A stretch of DNA of 32,694 bases from an uncultured Thermoplasmatales archaeon. Lineage in GTDB: Archaea; Thermoplasmatota; E2; UBA202; JdFR-43. A program made the translations under genes and the position numbers. Where the stretch lies: assembly GCA_964503915.1 (NCBI GenBank), contig CAZDCH010000003.1:1-32694 (forward strand), written 5' to 3'. The notes under the pieces are model-generated. The model was not told where the DNA came from. It saw nothing but the letters and a program-made list of their open reading frames with translations, and did not search any database. Shown here in pieces: positions 15,561 through 22,629 of the stretch; position 1 is the stretch's first letter; every line of letters begins with the position of its first letter.

Positions 15561-16909
15561 CACTAGGAACATATATCCCGATAGACTTGATTAAAATCAC
15601 AGGTCTCAATCCTAGAAAAAACTTCGATGATGATAGCATGAAGGAACTTGCAAAAAGCATTCAGAACCACGGAATCCTGGAACCAATAATAGTAAGACCG
15701 AAGGGAAACCATTATGAGCTCGTTGCTGGTGAGCGTCGCCTCCGTGCAGCGAAGATGGTTGGTCTTGACAAAGTGCCAGTAATTATCCGTGAATACACCG
15801 ATGAACAGATGATGGAAATCATGCTCATGGAAAATCTGCAGCGAAAGGATCTAACTCCAATTGAGGAAGCACATGCCCTGCAAAAAATCATTGCAAGCGG
15901 CATCAAAAAGGAGGATCTGGCGAAAAGGATTGGCAAAAGCGAATCGTGGATATCAAAACGCCTCCGCCTCCTGGAATTGCCAGAGGAACTGCAGAAGCTG
16001 GTGGAGGAGAGTCGCCTTACCATTGAACAGGCTCTTAAAATAGTTCCGTTTGCAAAATGGCCCGTTATCAAATTCATTCTGAAGGAAATTAAAAATACAT
16101 CAAATGATATAGATTGGATTCTCATTCATGCTGTGCAAAACAGGACCTACGCACTCAATCTTGACTTTTTCGGCTACACTCTCAAGGATGTCCAGGAATA
16201 TTTTGATTTTTCGGAATGCAAGAACTGCAAAGCTCCGATAAAATTCAACAACTCAAGGATATGCCTCCATAAAGAATGCTTCTCAATGAAACTGAAGGAG
16301 GCAAAGCGAAAACTCAGAGAGGCAAAGGAAAAGGAACTTGAAGAAATGAAACAGAAGAGCATTGTGGATCTCGATAAAATAGGATATGGAAACTATGTAG
16401 AGCTGGCCGATACATGGGATGCACCAAAATTTGATGTCAGCGTGTGCGAAAGTTGTCCGCATAAAAAGATGGGAATAAGATGGAATGGCAAAAAAATACC
16501 GGTATGCCTCAATCCATCATGTTTCAAAGAAAAACAGAGGAAAGCTGAAGAGGAAATCAAAAAGAGGATCAGAGAAACAATTAAAACCGTTAAGAAAAAT
16601 CTGGAAACCATCAGAATAACAAAATTGCATACAAATGGATTAAGGATTGTTCTATTGAAGCTAATTGATGAGATTGCTGAAACGAATCCTTGGGAAATAC
16701 TTAAGCCTTGGAATCCACCAAAGGAATGGAAAAAACTGATAGATCGGTTAAATGACGAACAACTTGCTCAAGCAATCATAAGAGCTGTTGTGTTACATGA
16801 CCTAACTAATCTTGAATGGTGGGGAAATACAGATAGACTTCTTGTCAAAAAATACCTACCAGAGCTGATGGAAAAACAGAAAAACGGTCAGGAGGAGGTG
16901 AGATCATAA
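15551..16909 (+). CDS. parB: ParB/Spo0J-like N-terminal domain protein with two C-terminal Cys4 zinc-ribbon-like motifs (452 aa)
   Basis: GTG start 7 nt after GGAGG. NPRKNFDDDSMKELAKSIQNHGILEPIIVRP..YELVAGERRLRAAKMVGLDKVPVII carries the canonical ParB box with GERR, and LMENLQRKDLTPIEEA follows. Later motifs are CKNCKAP..CLHKEC and CESCPHKK..CLNPSC. Confidence 0.85.
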   Translation: MQLTLGTYIPIDLIKITGLNPRKNFDDDSMKELAKSIQNHGILEPIIVRPKGNHYELVAGERRLRAAKMVGLDKVPVIIREYTDEQMMEIMLMENLQRKDLTPIEEAHALQKIIASGIKKEDLAKRIGKSESWISKRLRLLELPEELQKLVEESRLTIEQALKIVPFAKWPVIKFILKEIKNTSNDIDWILIHAVQNRTYALNLDFFGYTLKDVQEYFDFSECKNCKAPIKFNNSRICLHKECFSMKLKEAKRKLREAKEKELEEMKQKSIVDLDKIGYGNYVELADTWDAPKFDVSVCESCPHKKMGIRWNGKKIPVCLNPSCFKEKQRKAEEEIKKRIRETIKTVKKNLETIRITKLHTNGLRIVLLKLIDEIAETNPWEILKPWNPPKEWKKLIDRLNDEQLAQAIIRAVVLHDLTNLEWWGNTDRLLVKKYLPELMEKQKNGQEEVRS

Positions 16910-16974
16910 AAAGAACAGCAAGTATTGGTATGGCTGCCTTTCTGGTAAAATTTTTTTATGAAAGAAAGAATGGG

Positions 16975-17053
16975 AGGACCAGCAGGATTTGCATCTCCCC
17001 TCCTGTTGCATCCCTTTTTTTATTTAAAAAACTTGCCTCCTCCTGCTGGTCCT
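16975..17053. repeat. Perfect 13-bp inverted repeat with a 53-nt C/T-rich spacer between parB and the integrase gene
   Basis: aggaccagcagga (16975-16987) and tcctgctggtcct (17041-17053) are exact reverse complements. The spacer contains ttgcatctccc / ttgcatccc and a T7 run. Confidence 0.6.
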
Positions 17054-17075
17054 TTCGCCTTTTCAAGGAGGAGAA

Positions 17076-17411
17076 ATGATTAGCGATGCTACATGGCAGG
17101 AATTTATAAATCATGCAGTTGCAATTCAACAGCTTTCAGAGACAACAATAATTGAAACTATCCGCAAATTAAAACATTTGGAAAAAAATGGCATCAATTT
17201 GATGGCTCAAAAAAATGATTTAGAAAAACAAGTATATGCTTTCTTTGCAAAAAAGTTAAGACAGGGTTCTTCTTATTCAGCATTAAATCATTATGTTCGT
17301 GCTTTGAACAGATGGTGCAAATTTAGACAATTAGATCTTAAATTCAAAAGATACAAAGAACATCATCCGCCCCGCCGAATTCCATTAACAGGAGATATAA
17401 AAGATTGTTAG
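17076..17411 (+). CDS. Tyrosine integrase, N-terminal SAM-like/core-binding fragment (frameshifted from the catalytic part)
   Basis: GGAGGAG lies upstream. WQEFINHAV..YAFFAKKLRQGSSYSALNHYVRALNRWCKF is typical of the phage-integrase N-terminal domain. It ends at a TAG just after the A-run at 17399-17402. Confidence 0.75.
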   Translation: MISDATWQEFINHAVAIQQLSETTIIETIRKLKHLEKNGINLMAQKNDLEKQVYAFFAKKLRQGSSYSALNHYVRALNRWCKFRQLDLKFKRYKEHHPPRRIPLTGDIKDC

Positions 17412-18061
17412 ATGCCTGTAAAGGAAAAGATCCAACTTCAAAAAGAGATCGAACAATAATCTATACTCTATCTTTATTAGGTTTAAGAGCTAGAGAATTA
17501 TGCAACATTAATTTAGATGATATAGATTGGAAAAATAGTTTATTAACCATAAGAGGAAAAGGAGGAAAAATAAGAATTATTCCCATTCCGAAGAGGTTAT
17601 TAAATGGAAAGAATGTTCCTAGCCTTTATAATTACATAAAATATCATCGTATGCCAACAGATAAAAAGGCTTTATTTACAACTAAAAATGGAAGATTAAC
17701 TCCAACTTATCTAAGAAACATAATAAAAAGGAGGGCAAAACAGGCAGGTTTACCATGGATTCATACGCATTCATTACGCCATTACGCAGCAACAAATTGG
17801 CTTAGAGCTGGTTTAAATATTCGCATCGTTCAGGAATTGCTGGGGCATGAAAGCATCGAAACAACTGGAATTTATTTGCATATAATCGAAGCAGATTATA
17901 AAGCAGCTTTAGAAAATCCAAAAATTGAAGATCCTTTAAGGAAAAAAACAATACCTCACAAAAAAAGGAACATGCTGTCAGAATCTCTCCTTATGTTTGT
18001 AGCGGGCTCGGGGGGATTTGAACCCCCGACCAACAGGTTAAGAGCCTGCCGCTCTACCTAG
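17405..18061 (+). CDS. Tyrosine integrase (XerC/D-like), catalytic domain fragment; the 3' end reads into tRNA-Lys
   Basis: RDRTIIYTLSLLGLRARELCNINLDDID (Arg I), GKGGKIRIIPIP, HSLRHYAATNWLRAG (H-x-x-R) and LLGHESIETTGIYLH (His/Tyr). The final residues SGGFEPPTNRLRACRST are a translation of the tRNA gene. Confidence 0.85.
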   Translation: MLDACKGKDPTSKRDRTIIYTLSLLGLRARELCNINLDDIDWKNSLLTIRGKGGKIRIIPIPKRLLNGKNVPSLYNYIKYHRMPTDKKALFTTKNGRLTPTYLRNIIKRRAKQAGLPWIHTHSLRHYAATNWLRAGLNIRIVQELLGHESIETTGIYLHIIEADYKAALENPKIEDPLRKKTIPHKKRNMLSESLLMFVAGSGGFEPPTNRLRACRST

Positions 18062-18076
18062 CTGAGCTACGAGCCC
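18003..18076 (-). tRNA. tRNA-Lys (anticodon CTT), 74 nt
   Basis: The reverse complement folds as a cloverleaf: GGGCTCG ta GCTC agctaggta GAGC g GCAGG CT-CTT-AA CCTGT tggtc GGGGG ttcaaat CCCCC CGAGCCC g. No CCA is encoded. There is a TATA-like box about 24 nt upstream (18094-18104). Confidence 0.9.
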
Positions 18077-18138
18077 TATAAAAATATTATTTTGCATATA
18101 AAAATGTTTTTTAAGGATGTAAAAATAGGATTAGCAAC

Positions 18139-18148
18139 TTTTATATAA
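18139..18148 (+). promoter_or_regulatory. TATA-box candidate for the uL16 gene (leaderless or near-leaderless mRNA)
   Basis: ttttatataa is centred about 24 nt upstream of the ATG at 18168. No SD lies in between. Confidence 0.35.
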
Positions 18149-18167
18149 TAAATCTTCATGTAGCATC

Positions 18168-18668
18168 ATGGCAAGAAAACCAGCAAAGATGTATAGGGAT
18201 ATAAAAGGAAGGGTTACAACAAGAAAGGAATATATTGGAGGAGTTCCAAATCCTCGCATTACTCAGTTTGATTTAGGTAACTTAAATGCAAATTTTCCAG
18301 TTGAAATTTCTTTGATTGCAAAAGAAAAATGCAATATTTTACATCGTGCTCTTGAAGCTGCTCGTGTTGCTGCAAATCGTTATATAATGAAAAAAGCTGG
18401 AAAAACAAATTACCATTTAAAAATTAGGATATATCCTCATGTTGTTGTGAGAGAAAATAAACAAGCAACAGGGGCAGGAGCAGATAGAGTTTCACAAGGA
18501 ATGAGAAAAGCCTATGGTAAGCCAGTTGGAACAGCTGCTAGAGTTAAAGAAGGGCAAAAATTAATAACAATATGGACAACTCCAGAAAATGTAGAACATG
18601 CAAAACTTGCTTTGAAAAGGGCAATAGCAAAGCTGCCGACTCCCTGTAGAATTGAAATTTCAACATAA
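18168..18668 (+). CDS. rpl10e: 50S ribosomal protein uL16 (L10e)
   Basis: [38 protein letters not shown].. and ..[40 protein letters not shown] match archaeal/eukaryotic L10e. Confidence 0.95.
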   Translation: MARKPAKMYRDIKGRVTTRKEYIGGVPNPRITQFDLGNLNANFPVEISLIAKEKCNILHRALEAARVAANRYIMKKAGKTNYHLKIRIYPHVVVRENKQATGAGADRVSQGMRKAYGKPVGTAARVKEGQKLITIWTTPENVEHAKLALKRAIAKLPTPCRIEIST

Positions 18669-18706
18669 ATTTTTTTATATAGTTGGTTTATTACATTTGT
18701 GTTTAG

Positions 18707-18997
18707 ATGAATCTTATGGATAAGTTAAAAGAAGAAATAGAAGTAATGGAGAGACATTTGCAAATCCTAAAAATAGTTAGTCAAAAGGGGCCAATTGGTA
18801 TAATAAAACTATCCGAGTTAACGGGATTGCCACCTCATAAAGTAAGATATTCTTTAAGAATTCTAGAAAGTAATGGATTGATAAAGCCATCAACAAATGG
18901 TGCTATAACAACAGAAAAGACAGAAGAATTTATTAATGAGTTCAGAAATATAATAAATGAACTAATAAGTAAGCTTCAAAAAATGAGGGAAATATAG
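18707..18997 (+). CDS. Winged-helix DNA-binding protein (96 aa), conserved archaeal hypothetical regulator
   Basis: MERHLQILKIVSQKGPIGIIKLSELTGLPPHKVRYSLRILESNGLIKPS is a wHTH pattern. Confidence 0.6.
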   Translation: MNLMDKLKEEIEVMERHLQILKIVSQKGPIGIIKLSELTGLPPHKVRYSLRILESNGLIKPSTNGAITTEKTEEFINEFRNIINELISKLQKMREI

Positions 18998-18998
18998 T

Positions 18999-19072
18999 GC
19001 CGCGGTAGCTCAGTTTGGGAGAGCGTGCGGCTGAAGACCGCAAGGTCGAGGGTTCGAACCCCTCCCGCGGCA
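18999..19072 (+). tRNA. tRNA-Phe (anticodon GAA), 74 nt
   Basis: GCCGCGG ta GCTC agtttggga GAGC g TGCGG CT-GAA-GA CCGCA aggtc GAGGG ttcgaac CCCTC CCGCGGC a. Confidence 0.9.
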
Positions 19073-19077
19073 TCTTT

Positions 19078-19728
19078 ATGAACGAAAAAAATGTTTTATT
19101 GAAACTATCGTTTGCTGATTCTTTCACTATTATAAATGGAATTTTAGGATTATTTTCTATTTATTTTTCTATTCAAGAAAAAATATATATTTCTTTTGCT
19201 TTCATTTTACTTTGTGTTTTAGCTGATGGAATGGATGGAATTGTTGCTAGAAAATATGGGGGATATTTAGGAAGATATTTAGATGAATTTTCAGACATTG
19301 TTTCTTTTTTAATTGCTCCTTGTATTCTAACATATATATTTTATGAAGTAAAATTTAGCATTCCTTTTATTTTTTCCTCTGCTCTATTTATAATTTTTGG
19401 TATGCTACATCTAGTAAATTATCATATAAGTAAAAAAGATTTCTTTATTGGAATAACAACCCCAGCATCAGCAATTATTATAATCTCTCTATCATACCTT
19501 TATTTCCCTTTTTATTTAGTTATAATTAGTTTTATAATATTATCTTTTTTAATGATTATAAATATTTACTATCCAAGAATAGAAAAGCATTTTGCTATTG
19601 TTGCATGCATAATAATTTTTCTTGCAATAACTGGAATAAAATTATTTGTCTATTTATTGCTTTTTTCTACAATAGTATATATAGTTGTTGGACCATTTTA
19701 CTTTAAGTATAGTAGAAAGAATTTTTAG
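19078..19728 (+). CDS. CDP-alcohol phosphatidyltransferase family membrane protein (archaetidylserine/inositol-phosphate synthase-like)
   Basis: I use the ATG at 19078, because the track ORF start at 19015 lies inside tRNA-Phe. The motif ADGMDGIVARKYGGYLGRYLDEFSDIVS fits D-G-x2-A-R..G-x3-D-x3-D. Multiple TM helices. Confidence 0.8.
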   Translation: MNEKNVLLKLSFADSFTIINGILGLFSIYFSIQEKIYISFAFILLCVLADGMDGIVARKYGGYLGRYLDEFSDIVSFLIAPCILTYIFYEVKFSIPFIFSSALFIIFGMLHLVNYHISKKDFFIGITTPASAIIIISLSYLYFPFYLVIISFIILSFLMIINIYYPRIEKHFAIVACIIIFLAITGIKLFVYLLLFSTIVYIVVGPFYFKYSRKNF

Positions 19729-19957
19729 TTTAAATTCAAGTTTTTCCAGTCATTAAAATTCGTTTTTGCCATGACTTCTGTTTAAATAACAAGCTAATTC
19801 ATCAGCTTCTACAATTTATTTTAACCTTTGTAGGGGAAAATGCAACTCTCATACAGTTTAAACATATATAATATCTCATCTTTTACAGAATTAATAGCTT
19901 GTATGAGAAATATGATTAAAATTTTACTAATTTCATAAAAAAATAAAATCAAAATAG

Positions 19958-21481
19958 TTAATAAAACCTATCTAGTTTTGCCTGTTTTTTTAATATATCC
20001 CTTTTTAATATATCCTTAAGCTTCTTTATTTGATAAATCATTTTTCTTTCTTTCCTTTTGCTGCTCCAGTAATATGCTTCATCTCGTGAGCCTTTCATTA
20101 TTAATATGTATACTTCACCTGGTAAACCGCCTCTAGCTGTTCTGCCTCGCCTTTGTATATATCTAATGGCAGATGGCACTGGCTCATAAAATATAACTAA
20201 ACTAGTTGCTGGAATGTCTATTCCCTCCTCTCCAATACTTGTTGAAACAAGAACATTATAAAAGCCGCTTTTAAAAAGCTTGATTATCATTTTCTGTTCA
20301 TCTTGACTCATTCCATTTCCTCTTCCTTTAGCTTGTCCTATAAATTTTGCTGCTTTTATTGCATTTAATTTGTTAAGTTCGTTTACTAAAACATCTATTG
20401 TATCCCTATACTCTGCAAAAACAATTGCTTTTGCATTCTTATTAGATTTAAAATGTTGCATTAATATATTTTTAGTAATTTCAAGTTTTGGATTTTCCTG
20501 GCTTATCTCAAAAATTTTTTCCCTTATCTCCCTATAATTTTTATGTCCTCTTATTTTCCTCCCACCTTTTGAAGAATCTATCTCAATTTTTTTTATATAA
20601 TTCCTTGCTGAATCAATTCCTTGACTCGTTAACATTTCCTTTAAATGATAAATTTTTATTAATGCCGATATTGTGCTAACAGCATTATAAAAAACGCCTC
20701 CTTTTTCATTTGCAATCTCTTGCAATTTTTCTTGAAATGAAATCAACATTTTCTTTGTTATTCTCTTTGGCATTTTTATATATTTATTAAGCTCGGTTAA
20801 AAAATCATTTATTATTTCATCTATCTTAATAGAAATCAATTTTATTTCTTTTGGCATTTCTATTACTTTCCATCTCAATTTTCTTTCTGGAATATATGGC
20901 TTAACATCCGGGTCATCTTCGGTTCTCGCCTCAATTACTTCTACTCCCAAATTTTCTATAACTTCCTTCAACTTTGAATAATCGCTTCCGGGAGATGCTG
21001 TTAAGCCGAGAGTTTGAACATTATTTTCTATACATTTTTTTGCAATTGGAACATACGAATAGTTTCCAACGCATCTATGAACTTCATCGAAAATTGTTAG
21101 GCTATATTCTTTAAAATTTATAAAATCTAGATCATTTTCAATGGTTTGTGGAGTTGCAACAATTACTTTAGCTATATCATATATTTTTTTTCTTTTTTCT
21201 TTCTTCATTTTTTCTCCAGTTACTAAAAAAATGTTGTCTAATGTAGTTATTTCCTTTATATTTGAAAAATGCTGTTCGCATAATGGTTTAGTTGGAGCTA
21301 GAAATAAAATTTTTCCATGTTTCGATTTATATGCTAATAGCATAATTGCAATTATTGTTTTACCTAAACCAGTAGGTAAAACGACCAATGAATTCTTATT
21401 TTTTATTGAATTCAATATGTTAATTTGATATTCTCTTTCAATAATTTTATATGGTTTTATATTTTCCATTTCGACAAACAT
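19958..21481 (-). CDS. Hef/FANCM/Mph1-family SF2 helicase (helicase domains only, 507 aa)
   Basis: REYQINILNS..VVLPTGLGKTIIA (motif I), FDEVHRCVGNYSY (DExH), LGLTASPG (III), LVSTSIGEEGIDIP and YIQRRGRTAR (VI). No ERCC4 nuclease domain follows. Confidence 0.85.
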   Translation of the reverse strand: MFVEMENIKPYKIIEREYQINILNSIKNKNSLVVLPTGLGKTIIAIMLLAYKSKHGKILFLAPTKPLCEQHFSNIKEITTLDNIFLVTGEKMKKEKRKKIYDIAKVIVATPQTIENDLDFINFKEYSLTIFDEVHRCVGNYSYVPIAKKCIENNVQTLGLTASPGSDYSKLKEVIENLGVEVIEARTEDDPDVKPYIPERKLRWKVIEMPKEIKLISIKIDEIINDFLTELNKYIKMPKRITKKMLISFQEKLQEIANEKGGVFYNAVSTISALIKIYHLKEMLTSQGIDSARNYIKKIEIDSSKGGRKIRGHKNYREIREKIFEISQENPKLEITKNILMQHFKSNKNAKAIVFAEYRDTIDVLVNELNKLNAIKAAKFIGQAKGRGNGMSQDEQKMIIKLFKSGFYNVLVSTSIGEEGIDIPATSLVIFYEPVPSAIRYIQRRGRTARGGLPGEVYILIMKGSRDEAYYWSSKRKERKMIYQIKKLKDILKRDILKKQAKLDRFY

Positions 21482-21547
21482 TTATAAAATAAGCAAAATT
21501 TTTTCTTAAACATTTCTTAAACATTATAAGGCCTTTTTCCATTTTAA

Positions 21548-21865
21548 TTGTTGAATCCAATTAAAAAAATATTGTGGTGGTTGCTTGCTGGAACAGTAGG
21601 AGGATTAAACAGGGGGAGGATTATTGAAATGCTTGCCAACAAACCAATGAATGCAAATGAGCTTTCCAAAAAATTGGGCCTAGATTATAAGACAGTTAGA
21701 CATCATTTAAAAATTTTGGAAAAAAATAGCCTTATAACTTCTATTGGAGAAGGATATGCAAAAGTATATTTTATATCGGAATTGTTGGAACAAAATATGA
21801 AATATTTTTATGAAATTTGGGAAAAAATTGGGAAAAATAAAATAAATAAGGAGGAGATGATGTAA
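21548..21865 (+). CDS. ArsR-like winged-helix regulator (105 aa)
   Basis: ILWWLLAGTVGGLNRGRIIEMLANKPMNANELSKKLGLDYKTVRHHLKILEKNSLITS. The TTG start is uncertain. Confidence 0.65.
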   Translation: MLNPIKKILWWLLAGTVGGLNRGRIIEMLANKPMNANELSKKLGLDYKTVRHHLKILEKNSLITSIGEGYAKVYFISELLEQNMKYFYEIWEKIGKNKINKEEMM

Positions 21866-21866
21866 C

Positions 21867-22157
21867 ATGAAATTGGATAAAGTATTAATTTTGCTTGCTC
21901 TTGCGGCATTTCCAATAAAAATGCCTTTTAGATTGGTTTTTGTAATTTCAATTGTTCTAAATATGGCTCTTTTACTTGCTTTATTAATCATATATTTAAG
22001 TAGCTATTTAAAAACAAAATCATCTTTTACATTGGGCTTGGTTTTTTTTATTGGCGTTCTTCTTATTCAAAAAATAATGATAATTTTTTATCCGTTATTC
22101 CCCCAATTTTTTGAAACGTTGGCATTGGCTATATTGCTAATATTAAGTATTAAATAA
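21867..22157 (+). CDS. Small membrane protein (96 aa, 3 TM) coupled to the ArsR-like gene
   Basis: It starts 1 nt after the upstream stop and is hydrophobic throughout. Confidence 0.55.
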   Translation: MKLDKVLILLALAAFPIKMPFRLVFVISIVLNMALLLALLIIYLSSYLKTKSSFTLGLVFFIGVLLIQKIMIIFYPLFPQFFETLALAILLILSIK

Positions 22158-22195
22158 AAATATAAATAATATAAATACATGAATATTAGAGAGTT

Positions 22196-22618
22196 ATGAA
22201 AATAAAAAATATGGAAATAAAAAGCATTGAAGCAAGAAGATTTATTAAAGATTTTTCTCGCCCAATGAATATTAGAATAGATCACAATAGTAGTATAACT
22301 TTATTCTCAATTATAGGAAAAGGGGAAGCTCAAGTTGAATTTGAATATACAACAAGTTATGGTCCATTAGGAATAATAAAATTTGAAGGAACTTTCATAT
22401 ATGAAGATAAAAATGCTGAGGAAATTGCAAAAAGATGGCAAAGCAAAAAAAACATGCCAAACGAAATTGCTTCACAAATACATACTGCAATAATGCATTT
22501 TTGTGTTCCTGAAGCTGTAATAATTGCGAGAGAATTAAAGTTGCCTCCTCCAATACCTCTTCCACAAATAAGAGTAGATAAAAAAGGTATGAAAAAATTT
22601 GGGCCCGAAGTTGCATAA
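22196..22618 (+). CDS. Hypothetical protein (140 aa)
   Basis: Clean ORF with codon usage like its neighbours. No motif recognised. Confidence 0.55.
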   Translation: MKIKNMEIKSIEARRFIKDFSRPMNIRIDHNSSITLFSIIGKGEAQVEFEYTTSYGPLGIIKFEGTFIYEDKNAEEIAKRWQSKKNMPNEIASQIHTAIMHFCVPEAVIIARELKLPPPIPLPQIRVDKKGMKKFGPEVA

Positions 22619-22629
22619 AATATTTTAAT

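Larger units (their letters stand above)
1..18002. mobile_element. Integrated mobile genetic element (provirus or integrative plasmid), right end at the 3' end of tRNA-Lys; left end outside the window
   Basis: An integrase gene abuts and reads into tRNA-Lys. Serine recombinase, ParB and wHTH hallmark genes are present. There is a long one-directional operon of ORFans with ATGA overlaps. GC is higher and patchier than in the housekeeping flank. TGATG at nt 1-5 suggests the operon continues upstream. The att core probably extends some way into 18003-18050. Confidence 0.6.

Noticed and set aside
15712-16125. 137-aa minus-strand ORF, plus other antisense or alternative-frame ORFs inside parB (15861-16043, 16174-16362, 16393-16611)
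   Set aside because: They lie inside the confidently identified ParB gene. They are R/S-rich and are explained by the scarcity of stop codons in the locally GC-rich sequence.
1-17000. Search for the second att site, a direct repeat of the tRNA-Lys 3' segment (cgggctcggggggatttgaaccccc)
   Set aside because: No copy or obvious partial copy is visible in the window. The only other G6 or C6 runs (about 590, 3190, 13555) have unrelated flanks. The left boundary is therefore presumed to lie outside the window.
18942-19127. Minus-strand ORF 18942-19127 and the first 21 codons of ORF 19015-19728
   Set aside because: Both are translations across the tRNA-Phe gene (..GFEPSTL.. / ..VEGSNPSRG..). The real CDS starts at 19078.
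19740-19810. Possible C/D-box sRNA on the minus strand in the 19729-19957 intergenic region (UGAUGA at 19799-19804)
   Set aside because: There is no CUGA D box or C'/D' pair at a suitable distance, and no terminal stem. A single hexamer is expected by chance.
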